DNA from: Candidatus Fermentibacterota bacterium
Lineage (GTDB): Bacteria > Fermentibacterota > Fermentibacteria > Fermentibacterales > JCC-6
DNA length: 64,000 nucleotides
Reading direction: 5' to 3'
Assembly: GCA_963845085.1 (NCBI GenBank)
Contig: CAWJQI010000005.1
Span: forward strand, 576,502 to 640,501
Of the stretch, positions 35,385 to 45,299 are shown one piece after another; the stretch's first letter is position 1; the number at the start of each line of letters is the position of its first letter. The notes under the pieces are model-generated. The model worked only from the letters and a program-made list of their open reading frames with translations. It did no database searches and was not told where the DNA came from. The position numbers and the translations under genes are program-made.

Positions 35385-38283
35385 TCACCTCGACCCGCCC
35401 GCTTCGCGAAGCACGGTGCAGATCACATCCCTGTAGGCACCCGAGTTTGACTCAAGGGCTGAGTTGCGGGTCAAACCGTAGAGAAATGCGATGTCCCGTG
35501 TGAGAAGCTCGCAACAGCCCTGTACCACCCCGGCTGAGCCGTGCGCCGTGGCGATCATGTCGATGAGCCGCACCATGGCGGGATCGAATGCAAGCATTTC
35601 CAGCCTGTCGGCGGGGAGCGGTCGAACCCCGATGTCACGCGAACCAAGCCTGAACCTCTGTCTGAGGAGGAATACACGGAGCAGGGTTGAGTCGGGGTGC
35701 GATGAGGACATCGAATCCACGATGCCGTACATCCTGTCCAAAACCCCTCCACCAACCAGGGGCAACGCTCCCCGAAGCCCGGATACACCGGACGCACAGG
35801 GTCCACCCAGCCCCACCCAGAAATCATGGACACTGTCGACCCTGGTCGGTTCATGGTGAAGAACGTACGCCTGTCGGGCAAAGCTCAGAGATGAATAAAG
35901 AGTGTTGTCGATGATCAAAGCGTCATCAAAAAGCTGCTCAAGAAGCCCCATGTCTGCAGAGTCACCCTCGAGGGCGATCATGGCACCGAAAACAAGATGC
36001 TCGCCCCGTCCCGGCCATGCCAGCACCCTGTGCCATCCGAACTCACGCAGCGCCAGGCTGAGCTCTCCCAGAAGCACGCCGGTACCAGGATCGCCGGATT
36101 CAGCCGAGAGGGCGCAGAGGGCGTACCGGTGGTAGGGGGCGAAGGCCGGGCTGTTTTCAACGACTTCGCGACAGCGTTCTTGAAGCGACTGGTCCGTGCC
36201 GGAATTCACGTCCTCGAGTATCCGGCGTGACTCGGCGGCCAGTTGAAGCTCGCTTTGAACCGCAGGGCGGACAAGCGCAACAATCCCCTCAGGAAGCGTA
36301 TCCAGAGATGCCACATAGACAGAGGCAAGCGTATCGGCCGCCTGTGCCGACTCGTGGCTGCACAGGGCGAGGGCAAGAAGCATCCCCGACGCTGCCCTGC
36401 GCACCCTCAAATCAAAACCCTCGCTGCCGGATCGGTCACTTCGGGATATCGTGCGCAGGAACACACCGGTGTTAAAGGCATCGTACCGGTACCCCGTGGT
36501 AAACGGAGCGATCCGGTGAACGAGCAACTCACAGTAATCACGAAGATGTGCCCGCCTCGAGTGGATATAAACGGCCTCGGCGAGCGCCCCGTCGTAATCA
36601 CCAGTCATGACGAGGGCGTGAAGCCTGTTCAGACGCATGTCCGAGAAGTCGGGCGCCATGACGGACAGGCTGTCATAACAATCCAGAGCGAACCCCAGGC
36701 TTGCTCTCGCCCCGGCTGTGTCGGCCGGAGCGCCTGAACACCCCGCCCCGAGAATGGAAGCCCTTGCAAGAGCGGCGTTTCCCAGCGTGAAACGGCTCGC
36801 GTACTCCCAGTCGCACAGATCGATCGAAAGCATGCACTCTCGCATGGCCATTTCGCATGCATCCAGAGCTTCATCCCTTGCGGTGGCGGGATCCATGACG
36901 CCATCCGCCAAAATGGCCGGCACCCGGTCAAGGAACTCCGTTTTGGCACGATACAGGTGCCTCGAGGACCGAATCATCCCGAACGTTGTCGGAGTGCCGA
37001 AGGCCAGAAGAAGTGCAGCCCCTGCGATGGGGAAAACGACCGATGCCCGGGGCAGCCGGAACCTCTCCTCCGGGGTTCCTCCGGAGAGGGGAACCGCTGC
37101 AAATACTGCAAGAAGAAACGGTGTGGAGCTCCACCTCAGAGAAACGGAAACAAAGCTCTCAACGACTATGAACACCACACCGGAAACAGCAGCCAGATCG
37201 GTGGTTGTCCAGCTGCGGCGCCTTGACAGCACGGCTCCGATCCACAGGATGAAGAGACCGCCCCAGACGGCAAGCCCGAGAAGACCAGTTTCCGCGGCAA
37301 CCTCCATCATTTCGCTGTGAGCATGGACTGTGTTGGAAGTCACACCGGCCGCCTGGTAGCCGGGGGATCGGAACAGGGGAAAAACGCTTTGAAATGAGCC
37401 TTCGCCCCAGCCGAAAAACGGTTTCTCGAGAAACATGTCATACGCGCCCCGCCAGATCACCTGCCTGACCGCGAGCGTTTCATCCGACGGCGAAAGGTCG
37501 CGCATCCTGGCGCTTAGAAACATGCCTGCCGCAAGAACAAGCAGGCACAAAAGTGCAATCAGACGGAGTTTCTGCCTGTCTGCAGGCCGGATCTTCCTTT
37601 CGGGAGCCCAGAAGGGCCAGGCACACGAAGACGGCTGATGCGATCCCGAAGGCCAGCATGCTGCCTCTCGTACCGCTCTGAATAAGCAGCGTTCCGCACA
37701 ATGCACCGAACAGAACGGAAACCATGAACCCGGGCACCGAACGGCCCCTTCCGCCGCCAAACAGAAGCAACCCTGGCAGGAGAAGCGAGCCCGCAAAACT
37801 GCCCAGCAGATTGGCGTTGCCGAGAGTGCCGGGATTTCTCGCCGCACCGCCGGACGGAACAAAGTCGCCGAGGGACAGGCCCGCCCCGATTGCAGCCGAT
37901 ACAACCAAAGCCGGGAGCGCTGCGAACAGCAAAACGGATAGAACAGCTCTTTTGTCGCCATCCTCCCGCAGCCCTGTGAAAACAAGGAATATCCCGGCGC
38001 AGGAGAGAGTGATGAACAACCTGGTCAGCCCCGAGGAAGTGAACGGGCTGGCGAGTACACGGATCGAAGTGAGCAGAACTCCGATCAGAAGCATCAGAAC
38101 CACGGGAGCTGTTCCCCGGCGCATGACCAGCCCCGTTTTGAACGCATGCGAAAAGGCCGCCACAAGAATCAGCCCGGTGCATGTCACGAGAGCGAACAGC
38201 TTCGGGAGGGTGGAATCGACGCTGCGTGGAAGCACGGCGAGCGAGATGCACACGGTACAGACGGCGAGCAATGCTCGAATCAT
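35385..38283 (-). pseudogene. O-antigen-ligase (Wzy_C)-like polytopic protein with ~700-aa helical/TPR-like C-terminal domain; reading frame broken once
   Basis: ORF 37480-38379 (start trimmed to the ATG at 38283) encodes TM helices and GTLGNANLLGSF. ORF 35385-37985 continues with more TM helices (LIALLCLLVLAAGMF, FFGWGEGSF, VHAHSEMMEVAAETG). The frames switch near 37575-37610; removing one base (for example from the AAA in GAAAGG) joins ..LALLGSRRKIRPADRQKLRLIALL.. Confidence 0.7.
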
Positions 38284-38320
38284 GCGACCGCGGTCGTTGA
38301 CTTCCGTCAGAGACACCCGG

Positions 38321-40477
38321 CTACCGCGCCACCACGATGCGGCCTGTGAGGAGATCACTTCCCTTCTCAAGCCGTACAAGGTACACGCCGGGCGGCAGAA
38401 TGGCGCCGTCTACCAGCGCTTCGTGCCGCCCCGCAGGCAGCGTTCCCTCAACAAGCGTTGAGACGAGCCTCCCTGCGATGTCGTAAAGCGAAAGCACCAC
38501 GGCAGAAGGCTCGGCAATGTCGAAGGCGATGGTTGAGGTTCCGATGACCGGGTTCGGCACCACGTGCAGGCCGGCCGGAGCAATTGCAGGCCCGAACTCA
38601 TGCTCTTCCAAACCAACCAGGGGGTCACGGAATGCAAAGACAAAGCCGTTTGTTCCGCCTCCCCATCCCCATTCGTCATTCAGGAAGCAAAAATTTCGAA
38701 CGTACCTGGACAGTGGATCGGTGACAAGCGTCAGGGTGTACCCGCCGTTTGTCGTTCTGTAGAGGCCGCCCTCGTAGGCTGCCATGTATCCGTTACTGGC
38801 GTCGAAAAACCAGACATCATTGAGTGTTTTATTGGGCTGATTAATGGTGGTCCAGGTAGTTCCCCCGTTCTGCGTTGTGATCAGGATGTCTTCGCCCACG
38901 GCCCACGCGGTTTCCGAGTCAAGAGCATTCACACCCATCAGATCATTTGTTGCACTGTTGTACTGGACCGCCCAGGAATCGCTTGCAAAATCGAAGCTCA
39001 CAACTGCTCCGTTCTCGCCAACAGCCCAGCCGTTGTCGGGACCACCGAAACAGACACTGTACATGAAGTTTGGGGTGACATCGATGCTCTCCCACGATGC
39101 GCCGCCGTCACGGGTGCTGTAAATGTCCCCGTTTGTGCCCACCGCAACGCCATCGTCGGGATTGGCAAAGTCAATCGAGTTAAGGCAAGTGGTGTTGGTC
39201 CAGGCAGGGGTCGCCACGGTCCAGCTCGAGCCGCCGTTCACCGTTTTAATTACAATTGCCTTGCCGTCACTGCCGTGTCCACAGGCATAACCGCAGAGTG
39301 TGTTCACGAAGCAAATCCCGTAAAGATTATCGACGGAGGGTGGCAAGGACTGCATCACCCAGTCGCAACCGCCGTTGGGCGAGTGCAGCACTTCCCCCGA
39401 ATAGGTGCTTGCCCAGACATCGGATTCTCCGATGCAGCAGACGTCTGTCACCGGGGCATCGGTGATTCTACTGGAAATGGCGGACCAGCAGCCCGAGCCA
39501 TCCCTCTGAAAAACCATGCCCAGACTGCCGCCGGCAAACGTACTTGAAAATGAAGGGAGGGAAACACATGACAGTACAACGTTCGCGTCGACGCCGGGTG
39601 GAGTGGCGATATTTTCAAAACCCCAGGTCTGCCCGCCGTTGGTTGTTACAAGCGCGCCTGTTGAAGGTTCCGTTGTGGTTCCACAGGGTGCAACACCAAA
39701 ACTCGCTCCAATGAACTCGAGATCGTTGGCGTACCGCTCGCCGGAATACTGCTGCGACCAGGAAGTGCCCCCGTCGGTTGTCGTGAATATCTGTGAATTG
39801 CCGCCGGGAGAGAAAAGAACCCACCCCTGCTGATCGTCCACAAAGTGTACACCCCTCGAGGTTCCTGAAGAACCGGGCACCGGCTGAACCTGCCAGAGGG
39901 CGCCCCCGGACTCGGTGTACAGCACGCCAATCGAGGGACCGGCGATCCAGCCGATTGAAGGATCGATAAACGATACGGCTCGCAGAGTTCCGGTTCCACC
40001 GGAGCTTTGAACGTTCCAGTTGGCACCGCCGTTGCTGGTTCTGTAAATGACTCCGTTTTCACCTGCAAGGGTTCCGTTCGATGCGTCGGTGAATTGTACG
40101 GCGTGGAATGTAGCGCTGCTTCCCGTGTACTGGCTGCTCCAGTTCTGCCCGCCGTTCGTGGTTTTCAGTACGGTTCCATTGCTGCCGCAGGCCCATCCGA
40201 CCTCTGCACTAGCGAAATAGATGTCGTAAAGACCATAAGCTCCGATGTGCTGGCAGGTCCAGGTGGCGCCACCGTCGGTGGTTCGATGGATCTCGCCGAG
40301 AATATTGGTAGCCTCGCTGGCGACAAGCCACCCCAGGTTGTTGTCAACGAAGTGAATGCCACGGACATTCATTCCCGTTGGGCAGGGATGGCTCCACATC
40401 CAGGTCGGAACGGAAAACGCGGGGACAGAGATACCGAACAACAGTGCAACAAGAACAAAATAAGCCCTGACATTCAT
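38321..40477 (-). CDS. Secreted BNR/Asp-box (Ycf48/sortilin-like beta-propeller) repeat protein with T9SS C-terminal sorting domain
   Basis: 718 aa with a signal peptide and at least 10 Asp-box motifs (TTDGGATW, TTNGGQNW, TSNGGANW, TTDGGTSW, TTNGGQTW, SPNGGCDW, TVNGGSSW, TRDGGASW, TQNGGTTW ...). The C-terminal ~80 aa (VPNPVIGTSTIAF..LSLYDIAGRLV..PPGVYLVRL) are typical of the Por/T9SS CTD. GGGAGGGG lies 7 nt upstream of the ATG. Confidence 0.85.
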   Translation of the reverse strand: MNVRAYFVLVALLFGISVPAFSVPTWMWSHPCPTGMNVRGIHFVDNNLGWLVASEATNILGEIHRTTDGGATWTCQHIGAYGLYDIYFASAEVGWACGSNGTVLKTTNGGQNWSSQYTGSSATFHAVQFTDASNGTLAGENGVIYRTSNGGANWNVQSSGGTGTLRAVSFIDPSIGWIAGPSIGVLYTESGGALWQVQPVPGSSGTSRGVHFVDDQQGWVLFSPGGNSQIFTTTDGGTSWSQQYSGERYANDLEFIGASFGVAPCGTTTEPSTGALVTTNGGQTWGFENIATPPGVDANVVLSCVSLPSFSSTFAGGSLGMVFQRDGSGCWSAISSRITDAPVTDVCCIGESDVWASTYSGEVLHSPNGGCDWVMQSLPPSVDNLYGICFVNTLCGYACGHGSDGKAIVIKTVNGGSSWTVATPAWTNTTCLNSIDFANPDDGVAVGTNGDIYSTRDGGASWESIDVTPNFMYSVCFGGPDNGWAVGENGAVVSFDFASDSWAVQYNSATNDLMGVNALDSETAWAVGEDILITTQNGGTTWTTINQPNKTLNDVWFFDASNGYMAAYEGGLYRTTNGGYTLTLVTDPLSRYVRNFCFLNDEWGWGGGTNGFVFAFRDPLVGLEEHEFGPAIAPAGLHVVPNPVIGTSTIAFDIAEPSAVVLSLYDIAGRLVSTLVEGTLPAGRHEALVDGAILPPGVYLVRLEKGSDLLTGRIVVAR

Positions 40478-40648
40478 GAATACACCCCTCCCGTCCAGAC
40501 GCCATCAGCCCACATTTGATACATATGCATATCGGTCTTTTTAATGTCAACGTAATCACCGCGGGATGGCCTTTTTTTATACACATAAAAGCTAAACATC
40601 CCCCCTTTTTTTGTTGCACGAACGGACCCTGCCCGGTATCGTCCCGTC

Positions 40649-42061
40649 ATGAAACAGAAGGATCCGGCACCGTGGATACTCGTTGTCTGCGCAGCACAGC
40701 TGTTGTTCTACCTTTACTCGGCGTACCTGGGTGATGACACCCGCTATGGCTTCAACCAGCTGAGGCATGTCGACCCCTTCGCCGCAGCCGGTCTTATTAC
40801 GGCATTCCTCGGTGTTCTCCTGCTCGTGCGCAGGCGGAATTGGGCTCTGCCGGCGCAGCAGCCTGTTCCCCGTTCCCGGGTGCTCGCGGGCTCACTGCTG
40901 GTGACCACGGTTGCCCTGCTTCTCTTTACCACCCTTGGAAACGGGTTCGTGAACGACGACGGGCTCGAGAATTCATTCTGCCTCTCGAACGGCACCTTCC
41001 GGGTCCGTTTCGACGAGATGCTCTCGGGAATTTCCGTGCAATCCATCTGGAACACGTTCGGCGATCCGGCCCTTTTCACGCCGTTCGATGCGTACGCTGC
41101 CTTTTCCTCGGCCATGGGCGGTGTTTTCATACTGTTCGCGATGCTGCTTTCCAACCGTGAATCGGGAACGAGATGGCCTTTCTTTCTTCTGCTGATGGTC
41201 ACCGGCGGGTTCATGCAGGTGTTTTTCGGGGATGTGGAACACTACGCGGGGATCACGGCTTTCAGCATGGCATACATCTGGGCGGTTCGGGAATTTCTGG
41301 AGGACCGTTTCACCATTCTGATCCCTGCGCTCTTTCTTGCTGTTGCCGTTTCAATGCACGTGATGGCGCTTTGCTTCCTTCCCGCACATCTGCTTCTCTG
41401 CATCAGGGCCTGGAGAAGGAAACCCCGCAGCCTGGTTCCCGTATCCATGGCGCTCATGGTTACGGTTCTGCTGCTTGTGTTCGTAATCGCCGCATCAATG
41501 GGGATGGACTACAGGAACCTCGAGAACAGCCATCTGTTCGGTTCGGGCGACGGCAGGACAACTGTCGACATGCTTGCAACGCCATCGATTTCGTACTACA
41601 ACGCCGTTACGAGCGTTCTTTTCCTCCTGTTCCCATTCTGGTGGGTGCCGCTCATTCTGCTGTTCACCGGTAACATCGGGAACGACGCTTTCAACCGTTT
41701 TCTCATCACCGCAACGGCAGGCCTGCTGCTGATGGCGTACGTCTGGCGCCTCGGCCTCAGGCCTTATTTTGACTGGAACCTTCTGGCGGCTGTGGCTGTG
41801 CCGCCTTCGGTCCTGGCATGGAGAAACCTCATGCGAACAAGGCCGACAAGACTGCAGCTTCCTGCGATGCTTCTGCTTGCATTCACAGGACTTTTCCACA
41901 GCTGTTCCTGGATCATGGCGAACCATGACTGCTGTTCAACTCCCAGGATGGAAGTGATCAACAGGATCGCGACGGAAAGCCGGATGCCGATATGTCTGAT
42001 CCCCGAGGAATTCAGAGAGCCCGGACTGCCCGGGGTACCGGCGAACTCAGCTACGCCCTGA
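40649..42061 (+). CDS. Hypothetical polytopic membrane protein (12 or more TM helices)
   Basis: 470 aa and very hydrophobic. I recognise no catalytic motif. It loosely resembles polymerase-type or glycosyltransferase-C-type membrane proteins. Confidence 0.6.
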   Translation: MKQKDPAPWILVVCAAQLLFYLYSAYLGDDTRYGFNQLRHVDPFAAAGLITAFLGVLLLVRRRNWALPAQQPVPRSRVLAGSLLVTTVALLLFTTLGNGFVNDDGLENSFCLSNGTFRVRFDEMLSGISVQSIWNTFGDPALFTPFDAYAAFSSAMGGVFILFAMLLSNRESGTRWPFFLLLMVTGGFMQVFFGDVEHYAGITAFSMAYIWAVREFLEDRFTILIPALFLAVAVSMHVMALCFLPAHLLLCIRAWRRKPRSLVPVSMALMVTVLLLVFVIAASMGMDYRNLENSHLFGSGDGRTTVDMLATPSISYYNAVTSVLFLLFPFWWVPLILLFTGNIGNDAFNRFLITATAGLLLMAYVWRLGLRPYFDWNLLAAVAVPPSVLAWRNLMRTRPTRLQLPAMLLLAFTGLFHSCSWIMANHDCCSTPRMEVINRIATESRMPICLIPEEFREPGLPGVPANSATP

Positions 42062-42072
42062 TCCCGGGTTTC

Positions 42073-42237
42073 TCAGAATACGGCGTAGATGAACGGCGCG
42101 AGGGCTGATCCCTGCGCTGCGACCAGCACCACGCCGAGCAGAAGCAGAACTATGATGATTGGCGCCAGCCAGTACTTGCGTCGGACCCTGATGAAACCCC
42201 AAATCTCTGCGAGTTTTCCCATGAAGGCCCTTTCCAT
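42073..42237 (-). CDS. DUF5989-family small membrane protein (not in the supplied ORF track)
   Basis: My own translation gives 54 aa: MERAFMGKLAEIWGFIRVRRKYWLAPIIIVLLLLGVVLVAAQGSALAPFIYAVF. The pattern (..W.F.R.RKK.WL.P....L...G.L......S...PFIY..F) and its position after carbamoyltransferase and SxtJ match the DUF5989 family. An alternative ATG is at 42222. Confidence 0.7.
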   Translation of the reverse strand: MERAFMGKLAEIWGFIRVRRKYWLAPIIIVLLLLGVVLVAAQGSALAPFIYAVF

Positions 42238-42243
42238 GAAAGC

Positions 42244-42657
42244 CTAGTACGGTCTGTCGGGCCGTTCCCCCGGCCCGTCGGGTTCGATTTTTTCCCAGAA
42301 GGAATCACAGCTTGTACTGCGGATCTTTAGGGGATCCTTTCCCAGAAGCCTCATCAACAGCCCGGCAGGTGTGATCACCAGAAAGAAGAACACTGTCAGC
42401 AGCACATTGGTGACAACGAAGCCCATCACCCCGGAAAGCTTCATCCAGAACCATTCCACGGGGGCCAGAATACGGGGAGAAAGCCGGGCGACAAGGGCGA
42501 ACATCAGGGAAACTCCCGCTGGAAAAGGCCACCAGCCGCGACCGCGGAAAACGGCTGCAAGAGCCACGGCGGCCAGGGCGCCGGCCATCACCATGCCGAA
42601 CCTTCTGAGCCCTGCCTCAGTCGAGTTCATGAATGCTTCTCCAATCCGTACTCTCAT
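42244..42657 (-). CDS. SxtJ-family small membrane protein
   Basis: 137 aa (or 128 aa from the ATG at 42630) with TM helices and the block LRRFGMVMAG...FWMKLSGVMGFVVTNVLLTVFFFLVITP. It sits in the conserved position next to a carbamoyltransferase. Confidence 0.65.
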   Translation of the reverse strand: MRVRIGEAFMNSTEAGLRRFGMVMAGALAAVALAAVFRGRGWWPFPAGVSLMFALVARLSPRILAPVEWFWMKLSGVMGFVVTNVLLTVFFFLVITPAGLLMRLLGKDPLKIRSTSCDSFWEKIEPDGPGERPDRPY

Positions 42658-44434
42658 CCATCGGGGGCTGCATCTCCTTCAGGAGCAGGCAGTTCTCAAG
42701 AGCCAAAACATCCATCTCAGTGCGCATGAAGCACAGATATGCGTCCTGCGGGGTGCAGACTATCGGTTCGCCCCTGACGTTGAAGCTCGTGTTGATCACC
42801 ACGCCGTAACCGGTTCTTTCCCTGAACCTTTCTATGAGAGAATGGTAACGGGGATTGTCATCGGCGGAAACGGTCTGGATCCTCGCCGAGTTGTTCACAT
42901 GGGTGACGGCCGGAAGGTCGGAACGGGGCACTTTCAGCATGTCCAGCCCTTCGAGGCTTGTTTCCGCGTCGGTAAGCCCTCGCAGCCGTTCTTTCCGTAC
43001 GGGAACGGTGAGCAGCATGTAGGGGCTTCCGCCTTCGATATCGAAATAATCCGGAGCATTCTCAAGGAGCACGGACGGGGCAAAGGGCCGGAAACCCTCC
43101 CGGAATTTGATCTTGAGATTCATCGTGCGCTGCATGGAGGAGGAACGGGCATCCCCGAGGATGGAACGGTTGCCGAGGGCGCGCGGTCCGAACTCCATCC
43201 GGCCGGCGAACCAGCCCACGACCTTCTGGCTGTCGACGGCATCGGCAACCCTGTCGAACAGATCGTCGTCTCCGAGCCGTTCATACGGGTACCCCTGTTT
43301 GCCAAGCCAGCTCTCGATCGAATCGGTTGACCACTGCGGACCGAGTAGGCTTCCCCTCTGGGAATCATGGAGTTCGTCCGTAATCCTCGGGTTGCCCTGA
43401 ACCTGGTGCCAGGCGAACAGCGCTGCCCCCAGCGCGCCCCCGGCGTCGCCCGCGGCAGGCTGTATCCACATGCCGTCAAAAATCCTTTCCTTCAGGATTT
43501 TGCCGTTTGCAACGCAGTTGAGGGCTACACCTCCTGCAAGGCAAAGCTTCCTCTGGCCCGTGATGCTTCTGACATGTCTTGCCATTCGGAGGACAATCTC
43601 CTCGGTGACGGCCTGAATCGAGGCCGCCAGGTCCATGTCCAGCCTTCTGACAGGGGTTTCGGGCTTTCTCGGAGTGCTTCCGAACAGCTCGTTGAAACTG
43701 CGGGATGTCATTGTGAGGCCCTGGCAATAGTTGAAATACTTCATGTTCAGCCTGAAACTGCCGTCGGGCCTGAGATCAACGATCCGTTCGAGGATCAGGT
43801 CACGGTGGACCGGCCTGCCGTAAGGGGCGAGCCCCATCAGCTTGTATTCGCCGGAGTTGACCCTGAAACCCGTGAAATACGTGAATGCGCTGTACAGAAG
43901 CCCCAGGCTGTGAGGAAATCTGAGTTCACCGTGGAGGTCGATCCTGTTGTCCCGGCCGGTCCCCCATGTGCCGGTTGCCCATTCACCCACCCCGTCGAGC
44001 GTGAGGATCGCGGCCTCGCGAAACGGGGATGGGAAGAACGCGCTCGCTGCATGGGACTGGTGATGCTCGGGAAAGAGGACTTTTCCATCCCATGCGAGGT
44101 TCCTTCTGATCTCATCGCCCATCCACAGCTTCCGTTTCAGCCAGACCGGCATGGACTTCAGGAAGGAAGGAAGCCCGGCCGGGGCGAACGAAAGGTAGGT
44201 CTCGAGAAGCCGTTCGAACGTCAGGAATGGTTTGTCATAGAAGGCAACCGCATCGAGATCCGCAGGAGTGATGCCTCCTGCGGACAGGCAGAAGGCGACG
44301 GCATTTCCTGGGAAACCGCTGTCGTGCTTCCTTCGGGTGAAGCGTTCCTCCTGCGCGGCGGCGATGATCGCACCATCGCGCACCAGACAGGCTGCCGAGT
44401 CATGGTAGAATGCAGAAATGCCCAGAATGTTCAA
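42617..44434 (-). CDS. NodU/CmcH-family carbamoyltransferase
   Basis: The start was reassigned to the TTG at 44434, which is preceded by GGAGG 6 nt upstream. This gives (M)NILGISAFYHDSAACLV...EERFTRRKHD..FYDKPFLTFERL, the canonical N-terminus. Length is 605 aa. Confidence 0.85.
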   Translation of the reverse strand: MNILGISAFYHDSAACLVRDGAIIAAAQEERFTRRKHDSGFPGNAVAFCLSAGGITPADLDAVAFYDKPFLTFERLLETYLSFAPAGLPSFLKSMPVWLKRKLWMGDEIRRNLAWDGKVLFPEHHQSHAASAFFPSPFREAAILTLDGVGEWATGTWGTGRDNRIDLHGELRFPHSLGLLYSAFTYFTGFRVNSGEYKLMGLAPYGRPVHRDLILERIVDLRPDGSFRLNMKYFNYCQGLTMTSRSFNELFGSTPRKPETPVRRLDMDLAASIQAVTEEIVLRMARHVRSITGQRKLCLAGGVALNCVANGKILKERIFDGMWIQPAAGDAGGALGAALFAWHQVQGNPRITDELHDSQRGSLLGPQWSTDSIESWLGKQGYPYERLGDDDLFDRVADAVDSQKVVGWFAGRMEFGPRALGNRSILGDARSSSMQRTMNLKIKFREGFRPFAPSVLLENAPDYFDIEGGSPYMLLTVPVRKERLRGLTDAETSLEGLDMLKVPRSDLPAVTHVNNSARIQTVSADDNPRYHSLIERFRERTGYGVVINTSFNVRGEPIVCTPQDAYLCFMRTEMDVLALENCLLLKEMQPPMDESTDWRSIHELD

Positions 44435-44453
44435 TTCGTGCCTCCAGTCCGCT

Positions 44454-45239
44454 TCAGGGCACGGAAAGCAATGCCCATTCCTGTCTGCAGTAAGGGTCTT
44501 CGGTGTGCCAGGGTCCCCGCGGGTCACGTCCAAGCCTCGCACAGTGAAAGAATATGCCGGGGAGACCGGACTCGATATGGAATGCCTCGAGAGCCCGAAC
44601 GTCATAGTCGAACCTGACGATCTCGACTTCGGGCTCGACGCCTTCAACAATGTCGAGAACCGCAAAGGTTCCGCCGCCGGGTCTGGTTCCCCCGCCGATG
44701 CTTCCAGGATTGACGATCAGCCCGCCCGGCCTTCTGACGATCATCGGCACGTGGGTGTGGCCGCATGCAAGAACGCGGCAGTCGTTCCGCCTGAGCACAA
44801 GGTCGTAAACTTCGTGAGCGGTGTCGGCCTGAAGACCCTCGGCGAGCCGCCCGGGGAGTCCGTGTACGAAGAGGGCGCTCTGTCTGTCAAGAAGGAAGCG
44901 CCTGCTGTCCGGCAGGCTCCTGAGGTAGCCAAGAGCTTCCGGCGAAAGGTTGTCAGATGTCCAGACAAGGGATTCCTGAGCCAGCCTTCTCCAGTGAGGG
45001 TTCTCGAAATCATCTCCGGAGTCTTTTCTGCCGCGGCCCACCGCCCTGTCGCAGTTGCCCTGCACGGTCTCAATCCCGTGGGAGCGCAGGAAGCTTATGA
45101 CCTGCCCCGGAGCGGGTCCGTACTGGACCAGATCACCAAGGCATATCGTCATGTCGGGAGAGTGGACAGCCATGGTTCGAAAGGCCGCTTCAAGGCCGGG
45201 GAGGTTGCCGTGGATATCGCTTAACACCGCTATTCGCAC
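44454..45239 (-). CDS. Metallophosphoesterase (YfcE/MJ0936-like)
   Basis: 261 aa with a GTG start and the motifs LSDIHGN, GDLVQYG and CGHTHVP. Confidence 0.75.
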   Translation of the reverse strand: MRIAVLSDIHGNLPGLEAAFRTMAVHSPDMTICLGDLVQYGPAPGQVISFLRSHGIETVQGNCDRAVGRGRKDSGDDFENPHWRRLAQESLVWTSDNLSPEALGYLRSLPDSRRFLLDRQSALFVHGLPGRLAEGLQADTAHEVYDLVLRRNDCRVLACGHTHVPMIVRRPGGLIVNPGSIGGGTRPGGGTFAVLDIVEGVEPEVEIVRFDYDVRALEAFHIESGLPGIFFHCARLGRDPRGPWHTEDPYCRQEWALLSVP

Positions 45240-45299
45240 CGAATGATCCCATCGTTGTTGTAATGACGCGGGAATATATAATCGACCGAAGGGGAAAGC

